DNA from: Squalus acanthias
Taxonomy: Eukaryota
Direction of reading: 5' to 3'
DNA: 64,000 nucleotides
Assembly (NCBI GenBank): GCA_030390025.1
Contig: CM059432.1
Span: forward strand, 48,114,001 to 48,178,000
Numbering within the stretch: position 1 is the first letter of the stretch; the number at the start of each line of letters is the position of its first letter. A program made the position numbers and the translations under genes. Below are positions 63,820 to 64,000 of this stretch, piece by piece. Under the pieces are notes generated by a model. The model worked only from the letters and a program-made list of their open reading frames with translations. It was not told the origin of the DNA and did no database searches.

Positions 63820-64000
63820 GCTGTGGCTCAGTTGGTAGCACCCTTGCCTGTGAGTCAGACGGTTGTGGGTTCAAGTCCCACCCTAGAGACTTGAGCACAA
63901 AAATCTAGACTGACACTCAGTGCAGTGCTGAGGGAGTGCTGCACTGCCGGAGGTGCTATCTTTCAGATGTAGACGTTAAACCGAGGCCCCGTCTGCTCTC
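63820..64000 (+). mobile_element. tRNA-derived SINE head (Deu-SINE-like), cut by the window end
   Basis: TGGCTCAGTTGG A box and GGTTCAAGTCC B box. Similar to 36105-36290. Confidence 0.75.

Overview
Eukaryotic, repeat-dense vertebrate DNA. The V-SINE/HE1-like, Deu-SINE-like, CR1, RTE and Harbinger content points to a shark or other cartilaginous fish (inference). Most of the window is LINEs, SINEs and DNA-transposon relics. These include a near-intact full-length CR1 with a 74-bp 5' monomer array, a twin-primed RTE, Harbinger MITEs and a mini-hAT. There is a probable bidirectional CpG promoter near 14.5 kb and one 471-N gap. The standout is a minus-strand LTR element at about 36.6-44.0 kb. It has a ~1.67-kb TGTA...TACA LTR, a tRNA-Arg(UCG)-type primer-binding site and a gag with an MHR-like motif and CCHC knuckle. 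The gag TAA-CTAG stop continues in frame into an unknown 370-codon ORF that sits where pro-pol should be. A putatively spliced env follows: signal peptide, Ig-like domain, then an F-type class I fusion protein with a furin site and TM anchor. No protease, RT, RNase H or integrase is visible. Four copies of the LTR occur in the window, two with clear 4-bp TSDs. All family assignments come from motif reading by eye; no database searches were run.
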